From Deferribacterales bacterium (lineage in GTDB: Bacteria > Chrysiogenota > Deferribacteres > Deferribacterales > Geovibrionaceae), in the NCBI GenBank assembly GCA_050251875.1, contig JBFWMA010000004.1, positions 160,001 to 224,000 of the forward strand: DNA of 64,000 nucleotides. The letters run 5' to 3'. The number at the start of each line of letters is the position of its first letter. Within the stretch, counting starts at the first letter, position 1. The notes beneath the pieces are model-generated. The model had not been told where the DNA came from, ran no database searches, and saw only the letters and a list, made by a program, of their open reading frames with translations. Shown here in pieces: positions 30,213-39,219 of this stretch. The position numbers and the translations under genes were made by a program.

Positions 30213-31877
30213 ATGACAAATATCGAAACTATAGAGAAAGAGATACTTTTCGGCTGTTCACTCATCGGTATTCTGGTGCTGGATATGAACGGTCTTGTAA
30301 TATCCTGCAACGACAGAGCCTGCGAGATGCTGGCGGATGACAGGGACAATCTGAAAGGGAGCTGTGTGGCTGATATCTTCAGCGGGTTCGGCACGGATGA
30401 CGTGATCGCTCTGGCGGATGATATGAAGATGGACAGGGGCGGTTCCGGAGTGGTCGCCCGAACGCACAGACCGAATGTGTCTGACGATCTGGTGAGGCTC
30501 AACGCCGGATATATATCTGACGGTCAGAAGCCGGAGGGAATGGTGGTCTATCTGATGGAGATAGCCTCCAGAGGAGCGTCATGCGTACGCCCCCAGCTGA
30601 CCGAGCCGGGATATCAGGACGACAAGACGGAGTTTCTGTGCAATATATTTCACGGTATTCAGGATTCCATTATCATACATGATCTTAACGGGAAGATTCT
30701 GAGCTATAACGCCAAAACGCTGATGCTTCTGGGGCTGGACATGGAGACACTGGAGAGCGCTAAGAGTTTTCGGGATTTTTCTCCGGAGGATATCAACAGC
30801 GATGTCTGTCAGCGGTATTTCAGAGAGGCGGCGGAAGGTCACGACCGCACCTTCACATGGCAGCTTCAGCGTCCGTCAGACGGCACTGTGCTGGATGTGG
30901 AGGTCTTTTTCACCCGTATCAATAAGCGGGACGAGGCGGTTGTCCTCTCCTGCATAAAAGATATCACCGATAAAAAACGCATAGAAGACGAGCTGGTTAA
31001 CTCTGAGAAGAGATACCGCCAGCTGGTGGAGTATTCGCCGGACGGAATCGTTATCCACAGAAACGGCATAATAAAATATGTCAATCCTGCGGGCGCCAGA
31101 ATTTTCGGCGGGACGGAAGAGGATGTTCTGGGGCAGGAGGTCATCCAGTTCTTTCCGGATGAGGACAGGAGCATGATAAAAGCCCGCCTGAAACAGCTCT
31201 ATGAGAATGAACAGTCCATGCCTATAGTAGAGGGGCGGATGGTGCGTCTGGACGGGCGCATAGCCTATGTGGAGTATGCAGCCATACCTTTTAAGATGGA
31301 CGGGAAAACCGCCGTGCAGGTGGTTATCAGGGACGTGACTCAGAAAAAGATTCAGGAAGACTACATAAAACATATGGCTCTGCACGACACGCTGACGGGG
31401 CTTCCCAACAGAGGACTTCTCACCGACAGAATAGCTCATTCTCTGGAACGCAGAAAGAGGGACGCCTTTATGACCGCTGTGCTGTATATTGATCTGGACG
31501 GGTTCAAGCCCGTGAACGACACACTGGGACATGCCGCAGGCGACACCGCTCTGAAAGAGATAGCCGACAGGCTGAGCCGCTCCATCAGAAAATCCGACAC
31601 CGCCGCCAGAATAGGCGGAGACGAGTTTGTTATTCTTCTGGACGCCGTGCACGACAGGCACGAGATAGAGGAAGTCGCCGAAAGAGTGCTGGAAAATATT
31701 AACAGAGAACTTGTTATAGACGGAACTGTCTTTCATGTAGGCGCCAGCATCGGCATCGGCATATGTCCGGAGCACACGGACGACCCCGTAAAGCTGCTGG
31801 CTATGGCAGACAGAGCCATGTATCGTGTAAAAGAATCAGGAAAGAACAGATATCTGTTCTGTGACGGTGAGAACTGA
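30213..31877 (+). CDS. PAS-domain diguanylate cyclase
   Basis: Three PAS-like repeats, HDTLTGLPNR, DLDGFK.VND, RKSD I-site, intact GGDEF. Confidence 0.95.
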   Translation: MTNIETIEKEILFGCSLIGILVLDMNGLVISCNDRACEMLADDRDNLKGSCVADIFSGFGTDDVIALADDMKMDRGGSGVVARTHRPNVSDDLVRLNAGYISDGQKPEGMVVYLMEIASRGASCVRPQLTEPGYQDDKTEFLCNIFHGIQDSIIIHDLNGKILSYNAKTLMLLGLDMETLESAKSFRDFSPEDINSDVCQRYFREAAEGHDRTFTWQLQRPSDGTVLDVEVFFTRINKRDEAVVLSCIKDITDKKRIEDELVNSEKRYRQLVEYSPDGIVIHRNGIIKYVNPAGARIFGGTEEDVLGQEVIQFFPDEDRSMIKARLKQLYENEQSMPIVEGRMVRLDGRIAYVEYAAIPFKMDGKTAVQVVIRDVTQKKIQEDYIKHMALHDTLTGLPNRGLLTDRIAHSLERRKRDAFMTAVLYIDLDGFKPVNDTLGHAAGDTALKEIADRLSRSIRKSDTAARIGGDEFVILLDAVHDRHEIEEVAERVLENINRELVIDGTVFHVGASIGIGICPEHTDDPVKLLAMADRAMYRVKESGKNRYLFCDGEN

Positions 31878-31878
31878 T

Positions 31879-32331
31879 ATGGGAAAAACATACGACATCG
31901 CCGAAAATCTGGTGAAAATGTCGAAAAAACTGAAATACGGCGATCTGAGCGCCAAGGATAAGGTGATTGAGTACGCCGGAAAGCTGATTTCCGAGGAGTA
32001 CGGCGCCACCAGTATCTATATGCAGAAGCTGGGTATGATAGTCTTCACCGCCAGAGACATGGCGGGGCTGTCGTTTGACGAATCGCTGAATCTGTCCAAG
32101 GACAGGTTTGTCTTTGACGAAGGGGTTAAGCGCCTCACACTTCTGCTGGAGCAGGTGCGTGACAACATCGGCAGCCCGAAGGTATGCGAGGGCGAGTTCG
32201 TGGTTGTGCAGGCGAGGGACGCAAACAGCCTGACCCGCATCACATCCTATATCAAGGCGAAGGGGTATTCCGTTAACGTTATAAAAGATACCGATGACTG
32301 GAAGGAGAAGCTGGACGAGCTTCTGCCCTAA
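31879..32331 (+). CDS. Hypothetical protein
   Basis: ATG 1 nt after the diguanylate cyclase stop; host-like codon usage; no recognised motif. Confidence 0.7.
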   Translation: MGKTYDIAENLVKMSKKLKYGDLSAKDKVIEYAGKLISEEYGATSIYMQKLGMIVFTARDMAGLSFDESLNLSKDRFVFDEGVKRLTLLLEQVRDNIGSPKVCEGEFVVVQARDANSLTRITSYIKAKGYSVNVIKDTDDWKEKLDELLP

Positions 32332-32744
32332 CTTTCCGTTTTTTTCCGCAGTCTGCTGTTGAACTTATCCGTATTGATCGTAAATCTCTCGTGAGTTCCT
32401 TTTCCTATCAGCTCTTTTTCATCGTAGGCTTCTATCTCCCACTGTGTTCTCTGTCCGTCCACGTTTGTGCAGACGACCTTTGCGCTGATATTCATTCCGA
32501 CTGGTGTCGCCGCTGTGTGCGAAACGCAGATGTGCGTTCCCACGCTCTGTTCGCCCTCGTCCAGATGCGGCTGGAGCGCCTCCATGCATGCCCACTCCAT
32601 GAACCCCACCATGTATCCTGTGGCAAAGACAGGGGGCATAGGGCGGAACAGGTCTGATTCCGGATATAGGTTGGGGACTGTTTTTTCTTTTGTTACAGTG
32701 AATTTGAGCAGGTGTGATGTGCCGGGGCGGATGGTGTTTTTCAT
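32328..32744 (-). CDS. Hot-dog fold thioesterase (FlK/fluoroacetyl-CoA thioesterase-like)
   Basis: VFATGYMVGFMEWAC, SVGT...SH.AATPVG, GTHERF. Confidence 0.88.
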   Translation of the reverse strand: MKNTIRPGTSHLLKFTVTKEKTVPNLYPESDLFRPMPPVFATGYMVGFMEWACMEALQPHLDEGEQSVGTHICVSHTAATPVGMNISAKVVCTNVDGQRTQWEIEAYDEKELIGKGTHERFTINTDKFNSRLRKKTES

Positions 32745-32797
32745 AAAAGACCTCCTGATACAGATAATATATGTCCGTATCAGAAAAAAGGTATGGG

Positions 32798-33661
32798 TCA
32801 GCCTCTTATGAACTTCATGTTCGGAACGATGATGCCCGCCACCAGAAGTATCACGCCGAAGATCTGGTATGACACGATGTTTTCACCCAGAAAGACGGCG
32901 GCGAGAATCAGCGTTATCACCGGCTCTACCGAGCTGAATATCGAAAAATAGGCGGCGCCTATCTTTTCTATGCCTTTATAAAGAAGCCCCATGGCGATGG
33001 CGGAGGGGATTATGCCCAGACAAACGGCGAGAATCAGCTTGTTCTGTGTCATTCCGGAGAGCTCTGTGCCTCCGTTCAGGGTTATGAAGCCGAGGCAGGT
33101 GAACAGCATCACATAAAACGAGGCGGACGATGAATTCTCTTTTTTCATGATGATCTGGGACGACACAAGATATGTGGAGAACATCAGCATAGCTCCCACG
33201 GCGTATGTCAGCCCCCTGACGCTGATCTGGCGCAGAAAGGCATCGTAAAAGACCAGACAGCACCCGAAAAGTATCAGGACGACAGAGATGAGAGACGACA
33301 GAACGAATTTTTCACGCAGAAAAAATATGCTGATGAGCAGAACCATCATCGGGTAGAAATATAATATTAGCGAGGCGGTGGACGCCGGAATGTATTCTAT
33401 GGATTTGAACAGCAGAAGACTCTGACCCGTGTAGAAGAAGATGCCTATGAAGGCTGTCTTACAGAGCAGGCTGAAAGATGGTTTCAGGACTTTTCTGTCT
33501 GTTATCAGAAAATAGAGAAAGAGAGCCAGTGTGCCGAATTCGAACCGGAGTGTCAGAAGAGGCACGGCGGAAAGCCCCATGGAGAGACCTATTTTTCCAA
33601 AAATAACCAGAGTGGCGTAACAGGAAGCCGACAGAACAGCCAGAAGTATTCCCTGAAACAT
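32798..33661 (-). CDS. DMT/EamA family transporter
   Basis: About 10 TM segments in two repeats; LRF, SSVEPV..LIL..FLGE. Confidence 0.9.
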   Translation of the reverse strand: MFQGILLAVLSASCYATLVIFGKIGLSMGLSAVPLLTLRFEFGTLALFLYFLITDRKVLKPSFSLLCKTAFIGIFFYTGQSLLLFKSIEYIPASTASLILYFYPMMVLLISIFFLREKFVLSSLISVVLILFGCCLVFYDAFLRQISVRGLTYAVGAMLMFSTYLVSSQIIMKKENSSSASFYVMLFTCLGFITLNGGTELSGMTQNKLILAVCLGIIPSAIAMGLLYKGIEKIGAAYFSIFSSVEPVITLILAAVFLGENIVSYQIFGVILLVAGIIVPNMKFIRG

Positions 33662-33728
33662 AAATCACCTTATCCGTAAGAGGATATCATCCTTAGTATT
33701 TCCTGATTAAAAAGTCAATAGAAAGGGT

Positions 33729-33754
33729 GACCGCCGCTGTGCTGTGCGGCGGTC
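33729..33754 (-). terminator. Hairpin downstream of the phytase-like gene
   Basis: GACCGCCGC-N8-GCGGCGGTC; weak T-tail. Confidence 0.5.
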
Positions 33755-33772
33755 TGGAGAGGTTTGGCTATA

Positions 33773-35062
33773 TTATTGTCCGAGGGGCATGTTTATGAGT
33801 ATCAGCGATGTTGAACTGCCGTCTATTCCGAAATCGTTGTCATTTATCAGGGCTACTCTGTTCTTTCCGAGGAGCGCTATTCCTTCTATTTTAGACATCA
33901 GTCCGTTGTGGTCGTCTGTGTTGAACACCAGCTTTTTTGTGACGGGGGCTATTCCGGCGTCTTTCGCCGTGGCATGCTGTTCGAGGCTGGGCAGGGTTTC
34001 GGGATTGTCATATTTTTGGTTCAGAATGTTGTCAGCTTTTGACATGTCTATCAGATAGAAGCGGGTGCTCTGGTTTATTCTCTCCAGCACCAGCAGTTTA
34101 TCAGCGCCCACCCCAGCCATTTCAGATATTTTTACATCGCTCTGTTTCTGCGGTTTGCCCATGTTGTCCATGAAAAATACGTCCGGGGTCTCCATCTGGT
34201 AGACGTATTCGCCCATAACTTTTCCGTTTTTGGCGGACATTTTGAGCAGACGGACGTTTCGTCCTGATTTATAGGCGTTATTGTCGGGGTTTGCCAGTGG
34301 GCTTTGCAGGGCGGCGTAGAGATATTTTCCGTCCGGGTCTATGGCGATGGATTCCATACCTCTGTTCAGCTTGCGCTTCATCAGTATTGACGGCAGAGAG
34401 CCCTTCACATCGTAGTCTGCGTGAGCCAGATCTTTTTCCATGCCTTCGGGGACATATCGGGTGATTATTTTCCCTTTAGCGTCCACATGTATCACGCTGG
34501 GACCGTATTCGTCAGCCATCCAGAATGTTCCGTCCGGCATTCTGACGAGCCCCTCCGTGTCCAGACCGGACGGGTCGAGCTTCAGTATCTTTGCCGATGA
34601 AGAGTAGGCGTTCTCTGTATCTGTGACGGTGAGCGGGTTGGACAGTCCGGAAATTTCCTTGCCTCTGGCGCCTTTGAGAGTTATGCGCTCTATCAGCTCG
34701 GCTTTGTCGCCGGTCAGGCGGAATTTGTATATGGACGGTGAGAAGGAAGGCACGGGAAACACCTTTCCGCTCTCGCACATGGTTAGTCCTGTCAGTTTTA
34801 TGGTGTCGTTGCAGTCTATGTTGGGTCCTCTGTCGGAGAGGGTGTATATGATGTTTTCGGGGTCTTTCGGGCTGTGGAAGGCGGCGCTGCCGACTCCGTG
34901 GGTGAGGGGCATTGTTTTTCCGTTGGGATAGCTGACTGTCGCCAGCGGGATTTTTATGTCGTATGTTTTTCCGGATTCATAGACGAATCTGGGCGCGGCA
35001 AAGGCGAACACGGCTGTGACAGCTATCAGTGCGGCTGTGTGCAGGGGGAGATTGCGTTTCAT
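33773..35062 (-). CDS. Secreted esterase-like activity of phytase family (beta-propeller) protein
   Basis: Signal peptide; LSDRGPN, GLDTEG, FWMADEYGP, NRGMES, LQSPL, KIEG, NDNDFG. Confidence 0.85.
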   Translation of the reverse strand: MKRNLPLHTAALIAVTAVFAFAAPRFVYESGKTYDIKIPLATVSYPNGKTMPLTHGVGSAAFHSPKDPENIIYTLSDRGPNIDCNDTIKLTGLTMCESGKVFPVPSFSPSIYKFRLTGDKAELIERITLKGARGKEISGLSNPLTVTDTENAYSSSAKILKLDPSGLDTEGLVRMPDGTFWMADEYGPSVIHVDAKGKIITRYVPEGMEKDLAHADYDVKGSLPSILMKRKLNRGMESIAIDPDGKYLYAALQSPLANPDNNAYKSGRNVRLLKMSAKNGKVMGEYVYQMETPDVFFMDNMGKPQKQSDVKISEMAGVGADKLLVLERINQSTRFYLIDMSKADNILNQKYDNPETLPSLEQHATAKDAGIAPVTKKLVFNTDDHNGLMSKIEGIALLGKNRVALINDNDFGIDGSSTSLILINMPLGQ

Positions 35063-35169
35063 ATTTCCTCCGGGTGGGTGATAATAATGTATGATGTTAA
35101 ATAGTTAGTGTTATAAAGATTCAAAGAAAATATTGAAATATTGTCAATCGGGAAAGGGGAGGTATTTGG

Positions 35170-35198
35170 TTGACTTTTACGGATTTATACTCTATAAA
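35170..35198 (+). promoter_or_regulatory. Sigma70-type promoter of tRNA-Pro
   Basis: TTGACT-N17-TATAAA directly upstream of the tRNA. Confidence 0.7.
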
Positions 35199-35215
35199 TT
35201 CATCTCTTTAATAAT

Positions 35216-35289
35216 CGGGGTGTAGCGCAGTCTGGTAGCGTACCTGTCTTGGGAACAGGGGGTCGAAGGTTCAAGTCCTTTCACCCCGA
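35216..35289 (+). tRNA. tRNA-Pro(TGG), CCA not encoded
   Basis: Acceptor CGGGGTG/CACCCCG, D arm TAGCGCAGTCTGGTAGCG, anticodon arm CCTGT-CTTGGGA-ACAGG, T arm GAAGG-TTCAAGT-CCTTT. Confidence 0.97.
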
Positions 35290-35366
35290 TTTTATCTATA
35301 TATAAATCAATAAGTTATGAGTTGGTGTTTGAAATCTTGTGCAAATTTTGTGCTCAGAATAGTTTG

Positions 35367-36164
35367 TTAATATTTCTTTACGCTCTCTTCGCACGTATCT
35401 GCATATATTTTTAGTACACCTAGATCAAGAAGATTATTGATGTAATCTGGATTTTTATCATCAATAATGGTGGTTTTATTTTCCATGGCGTATTCATGTA
35501 CATTTTTCTTGAGCTTATCTACTTGCTTCATCACACGTATGTTATTTGCGACATATGCTTTCAAATATGCCTCAGTTTTTATTGGTATCGTGACGTGCTG
35601 TAACTCGTGCTCAGAGAAAGAATCAAGTCTTTTTAATGCGTTATATATGTTAGTGGGGTCATGTTTATAAATGCTCTTTAGACAGTCTTTAAGTTTTGTT
35701 TGGTATTCTAGACCAATTTTTTCATATCGAATAAAAGTTTCAATAGATTTGGCAAAATTAGTATCTAGAAAAGGGTCACTGATTAAATATGCAAGTTCAT
35801 TTAGTATAACGTCTGTAGATTTCTTTTTGTTGTTGATTTGCATAAATTGCTTAAGATTTTCATCGTATTCGGTTATATCAAAAAGCCAGTTAAAGAAATT
35901 CTCATTTTCTATCTCAACTGCAGCTTGTCGATATTCAATAATAGCGTGATTGATATTTCTTAGACTTACACTCTTAAGACTTTTATCACTTTGAGTAATT
36001 GTTGTATATATAGCATAAATAGCTATCGTTCCACTGATTATAGTGCTAAAAAGTGTGATTAGAGTGCTATTGTTTATTTGAAAAAGTTTTTTTCTGATAT
36101 TTTTAGATCTAAAACATATTGCCTTAAATCTTTTGGTATTAATCGGAACTTTTCTTTTTATCAT
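35367..36164 (-). CDS. Hypothetical single-TM protein, AT-rich
   Basis: 265-aa ORF with a basic N-terminus, one TM (LITLFSTIISGTIAIYAIYTTI) and a soluble helical C-domain. Confidence 0.65.
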   Translation of the reverse strand: MIKRKVPINTKRFKAICFRSKNIRKKLFQINNSTLITLFSTIISGTIAIYAIYTTITQSDKSLKSVSLRNINHAIIEYRQAAVEIENENFFNWLFDITEYDENLKQFMQINNKKKSTDVILNELAYLISDPFLDTNFAKSIETFIRYEKIGLEYQTKLKDCLKSIYKHDPTNIYNALKRLDSFSEHELQHVTIPIKTEAYLKAYVANNIRVMKQVDKLKKNVHEYAMENKTTIIDDKNPDYINNLLDLGVLKIYADTCEESVKKY

Positions 36165-36223
36165 TTAGACATTCCGTATGCATTATATAGATAATACGCT
36201 ATTATGATTGAGTCATAATTTAT

Positions 36224-36514
36224 TTAATCTACAATCTTCTTTTCAACATCCATATGCTTATGCAGAATTCTGATTATCAGTACATATTCGGATTCAATTT
36301 TATAAAATATTACATGGCTTTCGTGTGGAAATTTTAGATAACCTTTTCTGATGTAGTCAATATTTGTGCCCATATCAGGATTATGTCCTATCAGTTCGAG
36401 GCATTTTTTTAAAGATTCAAAGTATTTGTCGGTCTGTTTTTTGCCAAAGGCGGATAATGAATTACTAAATATGTTGCGAATATCTTTTTCAGCCGCATTT
36501 GTCAGTTTATACAT
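36224..36514 (-). CDS. parE: Type II toxin, RelE/ParE family
   Basis: YKLTNAAEKDI...FG..Q.D.Y, HVIFY, IIRILH..MD pattern. Confidence 0.9.
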   Translation of the reverse strand: MYKLTNAAEKDIRNIFSNSLSAFGKKQTDKYFESLKKCLELIGHNPDMGTNIDYIRKGYLKFPHESHVIFYKIESEYVLIIRILHKHMDVEKKIVD

Positions 36515-36740
36515 CAGCTTTCACTGAGTTGTAGATGGCATTAAGGTTGTTTTCAGATATTCCGCTCTGTTCACCCAGCTCAAGAGCCATGATCAGGGTG
36601 TTTGTTTTGCTGGTGATCTCCTGATCATTTCTAATCAGATCCCTGATATAGTCGCTTGTATTGCTGTATTTTCCTGTCTTAACCTGCGATTCAGCCCATT
36701 TCTTCATGCTTTCAGGAAGAGAGACATTCATAGTGCTCAT
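36507..36740 (-). CDS. parD: Type II antitoxin, ParD (ribbon-helix-helix) family
   Basis: MNVSLP....W...QV..G.YSN.SDYIRDLIR; overlaps the toxin start. Confidence 0.9.
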   Translation of the reverse strand: MSTMNVSLPESMKKWAESQVKTGKYSNTSDYIRDLIRNDQEITSKTNTLIMALELGEQSGISENNLNAIYNSVKADV

Positions 36741-36758
36741 AAGTCACCTCATAATCAA

Positions 36759-36787
36759 ACAATAAACACTATGACAAACTTTGTCAA
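36759..36787 (-). promoter_or_regulatory. parDE promoter with an overlapping palindromic operator
   Basis: TTGACA-N17-TATTGT on the minus strand; perfect palindrome TGACAAA-C-TTTGTCA at 36772-36786 covers the -35. Confidence 0.65.
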
Positions 36788-36821
36788 TAGTCGCTATAGG
36801 TGAACATGTTTTTGTCCTTTT

Positions 36822-37142
36822 TCAGCAGCATTCCTGTTCGCATTTTTGCATGGCGAATACGCCTTCTTCGTCCTCTGCGTTCTCGAAAAGCTCAAATATG
36901 TTAGAGGCGCTGGAACACACCATATAAAGCAGAAGCTCTTTAGGATCTTTCTTAACATCCCTGGCGTAGTACCCTTCGGGAATCTTTCCGACAAATTTTT
37001 CCCAATAGGCGTTATTATTCTCAGGCTTTTTCAGGAGCGCCAGAATATGGTCAACCACACAGCAGGCGTTCTCGAAACAGTCTATGTTTTTGAAACTCAC
37101 ATAGCTCTCATCAACTTTGATAGTCTTTTTGCATCCGCACAT
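36822..37142 (-). CDS. cowN: N2-fixation-sustaining protein CowN
   Basis: YVSFKNIDC..NA, NAYWEKF, ELFE..EDEE and the terminal EQECC match my recollection of the CowN pattern. Confidence 0.8.
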   Translation of the reverse strand: MCGCKKTIKVDESYVSFKNIDCFENACCVVDHILALLKKPENNNAYWEKFVGKIPEGYYARDVKKDPKELLLYMVCSSASNIFELFENAEDEEGVFAMQKCEQECC

Positions 37143-37300
37143 ATCACGTCCTTTGTTTTTTATATAGGAGTATTATATAGGCGCAATTTGTTATTTCAAT
37201 CACTAAATACGCCTGTCCTTATATTTTTGTTTTTATCTGAATTACGGTGTGACTTCCGGCTAAATTATGGCAGAATTAGTATAATGCTGACAAAACGGGG

Positions 37301-38518
37301 ATGACTATGTCTGAATGGCTTCATAAAGAGAACACGCACATGGACAATCTGAGGAAATACTGCGAAGGAATGCTGAACGAAGAGGACGGCATGACGCTTT
37401 TCAAGGAGTATGAAAGCGACATCCTGAGTGTCCGGTTCGATGAGGTGATGGCTCTGGTCGACTGGATGGTGAAGAGCGAAAAATATGATATGGAAAACAT
37501 AAAAAACGCTCTGAACAAGATAATCAATATTTTCTCCGGACATCTGGACGAGTTCGGATTCAAGCCGACCACGCCGGAGTTCATCTCCATCCTCCACGAT
37601 GAAAACACAGCCATAGCCGAATATATGGAGAGCATAAAGGACGATCTGCGAGCGCTGGGCAGAGAGAAAAAAGGCACTGCTGATTTCACCCTCGCCAGAG
37701 AGGAGATGAAAAAAGCTATAGAAGGTCTCTCCGCTCTGGACGCTCATTATATAAAAAAAGAGAATATTCTCTTTCCATATGTCGAAAAATATATCCCAGA
37801 CTACAGATGCACCCATGTGATGTGGTCCATCCACGATGATGTCAGAAACGGGATAAAGAAACTGGCGCAGATGCTTTCTGATGACGATTATGACGAAATC
37901 CAGTTCAACCGGACGATAGGCAGGCTCTTTTTCGATATCTTCGGGCTGATCTTCAGAGAGGATTACATCCTGCTGCCTATGTGTCTGAAGCTGATTTCCG
38001 GCGACATTCTGGCGGAGATGCTGCCCCAGTGTCCGGAGATCGGATACACGTTCATACCCGCTCCGAAAATATCCCCGAACAAACCGAAACAGGCGGATAT
38101 CCCGGACGGACTGGTGAATCTGGAGACGGGATCGCTCACCGCCGAACAGCTCATTCTGATGCTGAACAGCCTTCCCGTGGACATCACCTATGTGGACGAA
38201 AACGACTGCGTGCGCTATTTTTCCTCGCCGAAAGACAGAATATTTCCGCGCTCTAAGGCGATCATCGGGCGCACAGTGCAGAACTGCCACCCGCCGGACA
38301 GCATACACATCGTAAACGAGGTGGTAAAACGCCTGAAATCCGGCGCTAAAGACGTGGAGAGCTTCTGGATTCAGATGGGCGGAAAATTCATCCTCATACA
38401 ATATTTCGCCGTAAGAGACCGGCATGGCGCCTATAAAGGCACGCTGGAGGTCAGTCAGGACATTTCCGATATCAGACAGCTGACAGGAGAAAAACGGCTT
38501 CTCGATCTGGATAAGTAG
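37301..38518 (+). CDS. Hemerythrin-like/PAS domain protein (DUF438-type)
   Basis: HYIKKENILFP, VMWSIHDD; C-terminal PAS with LPVDITYVD, FPRS..IIGR.VQNCHPP. Confidence 0.85.
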   Translation: MTMSEWLHKENTHMDNLRKYCEGMLNEEDGMTLFKEYESDILSVRFDEVMALVDWMVKSEKYDMENIKNALNKIINIFSGHLDEFGFKPTTPEFISILHDENTAIAEYMESIKDDLRALGREKKGTADFTLAREEMKKAIEGLSALDAHYIKKENILFPYVEKYIPDYRCTHVMWSIHDDVRNGIKKLAQMLSDDDYDEIQFNRTIGRLFFDIFGLIFREDYILLPMCLKLISGDILAEMLPQCPEIGYTFIPAPKISPNKPKQADIPDGLVNLETGSLTAEQLILMLNSLPVDITYVDENDCVRYFSSPKDRIFPRSKAIIGRTVQNCHPPDSIHIVNEVVKRLKSGAKDVESFWIQMGGKFILIQYFAVRDRHGAYKGTLEVSQDISDIRQLTGEKRLLDLDK

Positions 38519-38566
38519 AGAACCGTAACGGCCGCCGTAACATCCGAAAATATCTTTTTGTTTAGG

Positions 38567-38596
38567 TTGACGTACCAACTGGTTGGTTGGTAATAT
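38567..38596 (+). promoter_or_regulatory. Putative promoter and TetR operator
   Basis: TTGACG-N18-TAATAT, with inverted repeat ACCAAC-TG-GTTGGT (38574-38587) in the spacer. Confidence 0.55.
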
Positions 38597-38627
38597 TCTT
38601 TATAAGATATTTAATGGATGTGAAGCT

Positions 38628-39218
38628 ATGAATACAAAAGACAAAATTTATAATACCGCTGTGGAGATGTTCGGCAGATACGGATATCAGGGTGTCCGGA
38701 TAGACGCTCTGGTTAAGAAGGCAAAGGTGAACAAAACCACCTTTTATTACTATTTCGAAAGCAAACAGGAGATATTCGATCAGGTGATGCGTGAAAGCCT
38801 GAACTATTTCAAAGACAAGCTGACCGAAGGTCTGAAGGGATGCGAAACAGCGGACGAGGTCACGACAGCCATGCTGGATATCATGTTTTCCAGAGATATC
38901 AAGGATGTTCAGCTCTTCACCCGTGAAATTCTCGAAGGCGGTGAAAACCTTTCTGACGAGCTTTATGGTATAATGGTAGAGGTTGTCAACATTCAGACCG
39001 CCGTGCTCAGCAGATGCAATGTACAGGATCCGTCTTTCATCATCTATCTGCTGGTGGGCGTTTCAAACTTCTATCTGTCTCTGGGAGTTTTCAAACAGAG
39101 CTGGATGAAGAGGAGCCTCGAATACAACGCCAACAGTGTGGTGAATTTTGATGAAACCTATCTGAAAGCTAAAATAAAATCAGTGATAATGAAAGAGTTC
39201 TCTTGCCAGGGAGAATGA
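38628..39218 (+). CDS. TetR/AcrR family transcriptional regulator
   Basis: N-terminal HTH: KI...A..MF..YGY..VRIDALVKKAKVNKTTFYYYFESK. Confidence 0.92.
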   Translation: MNTKDKIYNTAVEMFGRYGYQGVRIDALVKKAKVNKTTFYYYFESKQEIFDQVMRESLNYFKDKLTEGLKGCETADEVTTAMLDIMFSRDIKDVQLFTREILEGGENLSDELYGIMVEVVNIQTAVLSRCNVQDPSFIIYLLVGVSNFYLSLGVFKQSWMKRSLEYNANSVVNFDETYLKAKIKSVIMKEFSCQGE

Positions 39219-39219
39219 T

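Larger units (their letters stand above)
35290..36790. mobile_element. Small AT-rich genomic islet at the tRNA-Pro 3' end (probable integrative-element remnant)
   Basis: Visible drop in GC; IHF-like site AATCAATAAGTTA (35305-35317); TTGTGC direct repeat at 11-bp period; TA cargo; no integrase seen. Confidence 0.55.

Noticed and set aside
35063..35150. Pho box upstream of the phytase-like gene
   Set aside because: The TGTTA repeats are 14 bp apart, not the expected 11.
35286..35292. Missing CCA as evidence of a damaged tRNA
   Set aside because: The cloverleaf and promoter are intact, and many bacteria add CCA post-transcriptionally.
35290..37300. Intact prophage or ICE at tRNA-Pro
   Set aside because: No integrase and no duplicated tRNA 3' end (second att) visible in the window.
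37143..37300. Sigma54/NifA promoter for cowN
   Set aside because: No TGGC-N8-TGC-type -24/-12 element found on the minus strand.
37265..38578. 437-aa minus-strand ORF
   Set aside because: Lies entirely antisense to the hemerythrin/PAS gene and has no motifs.
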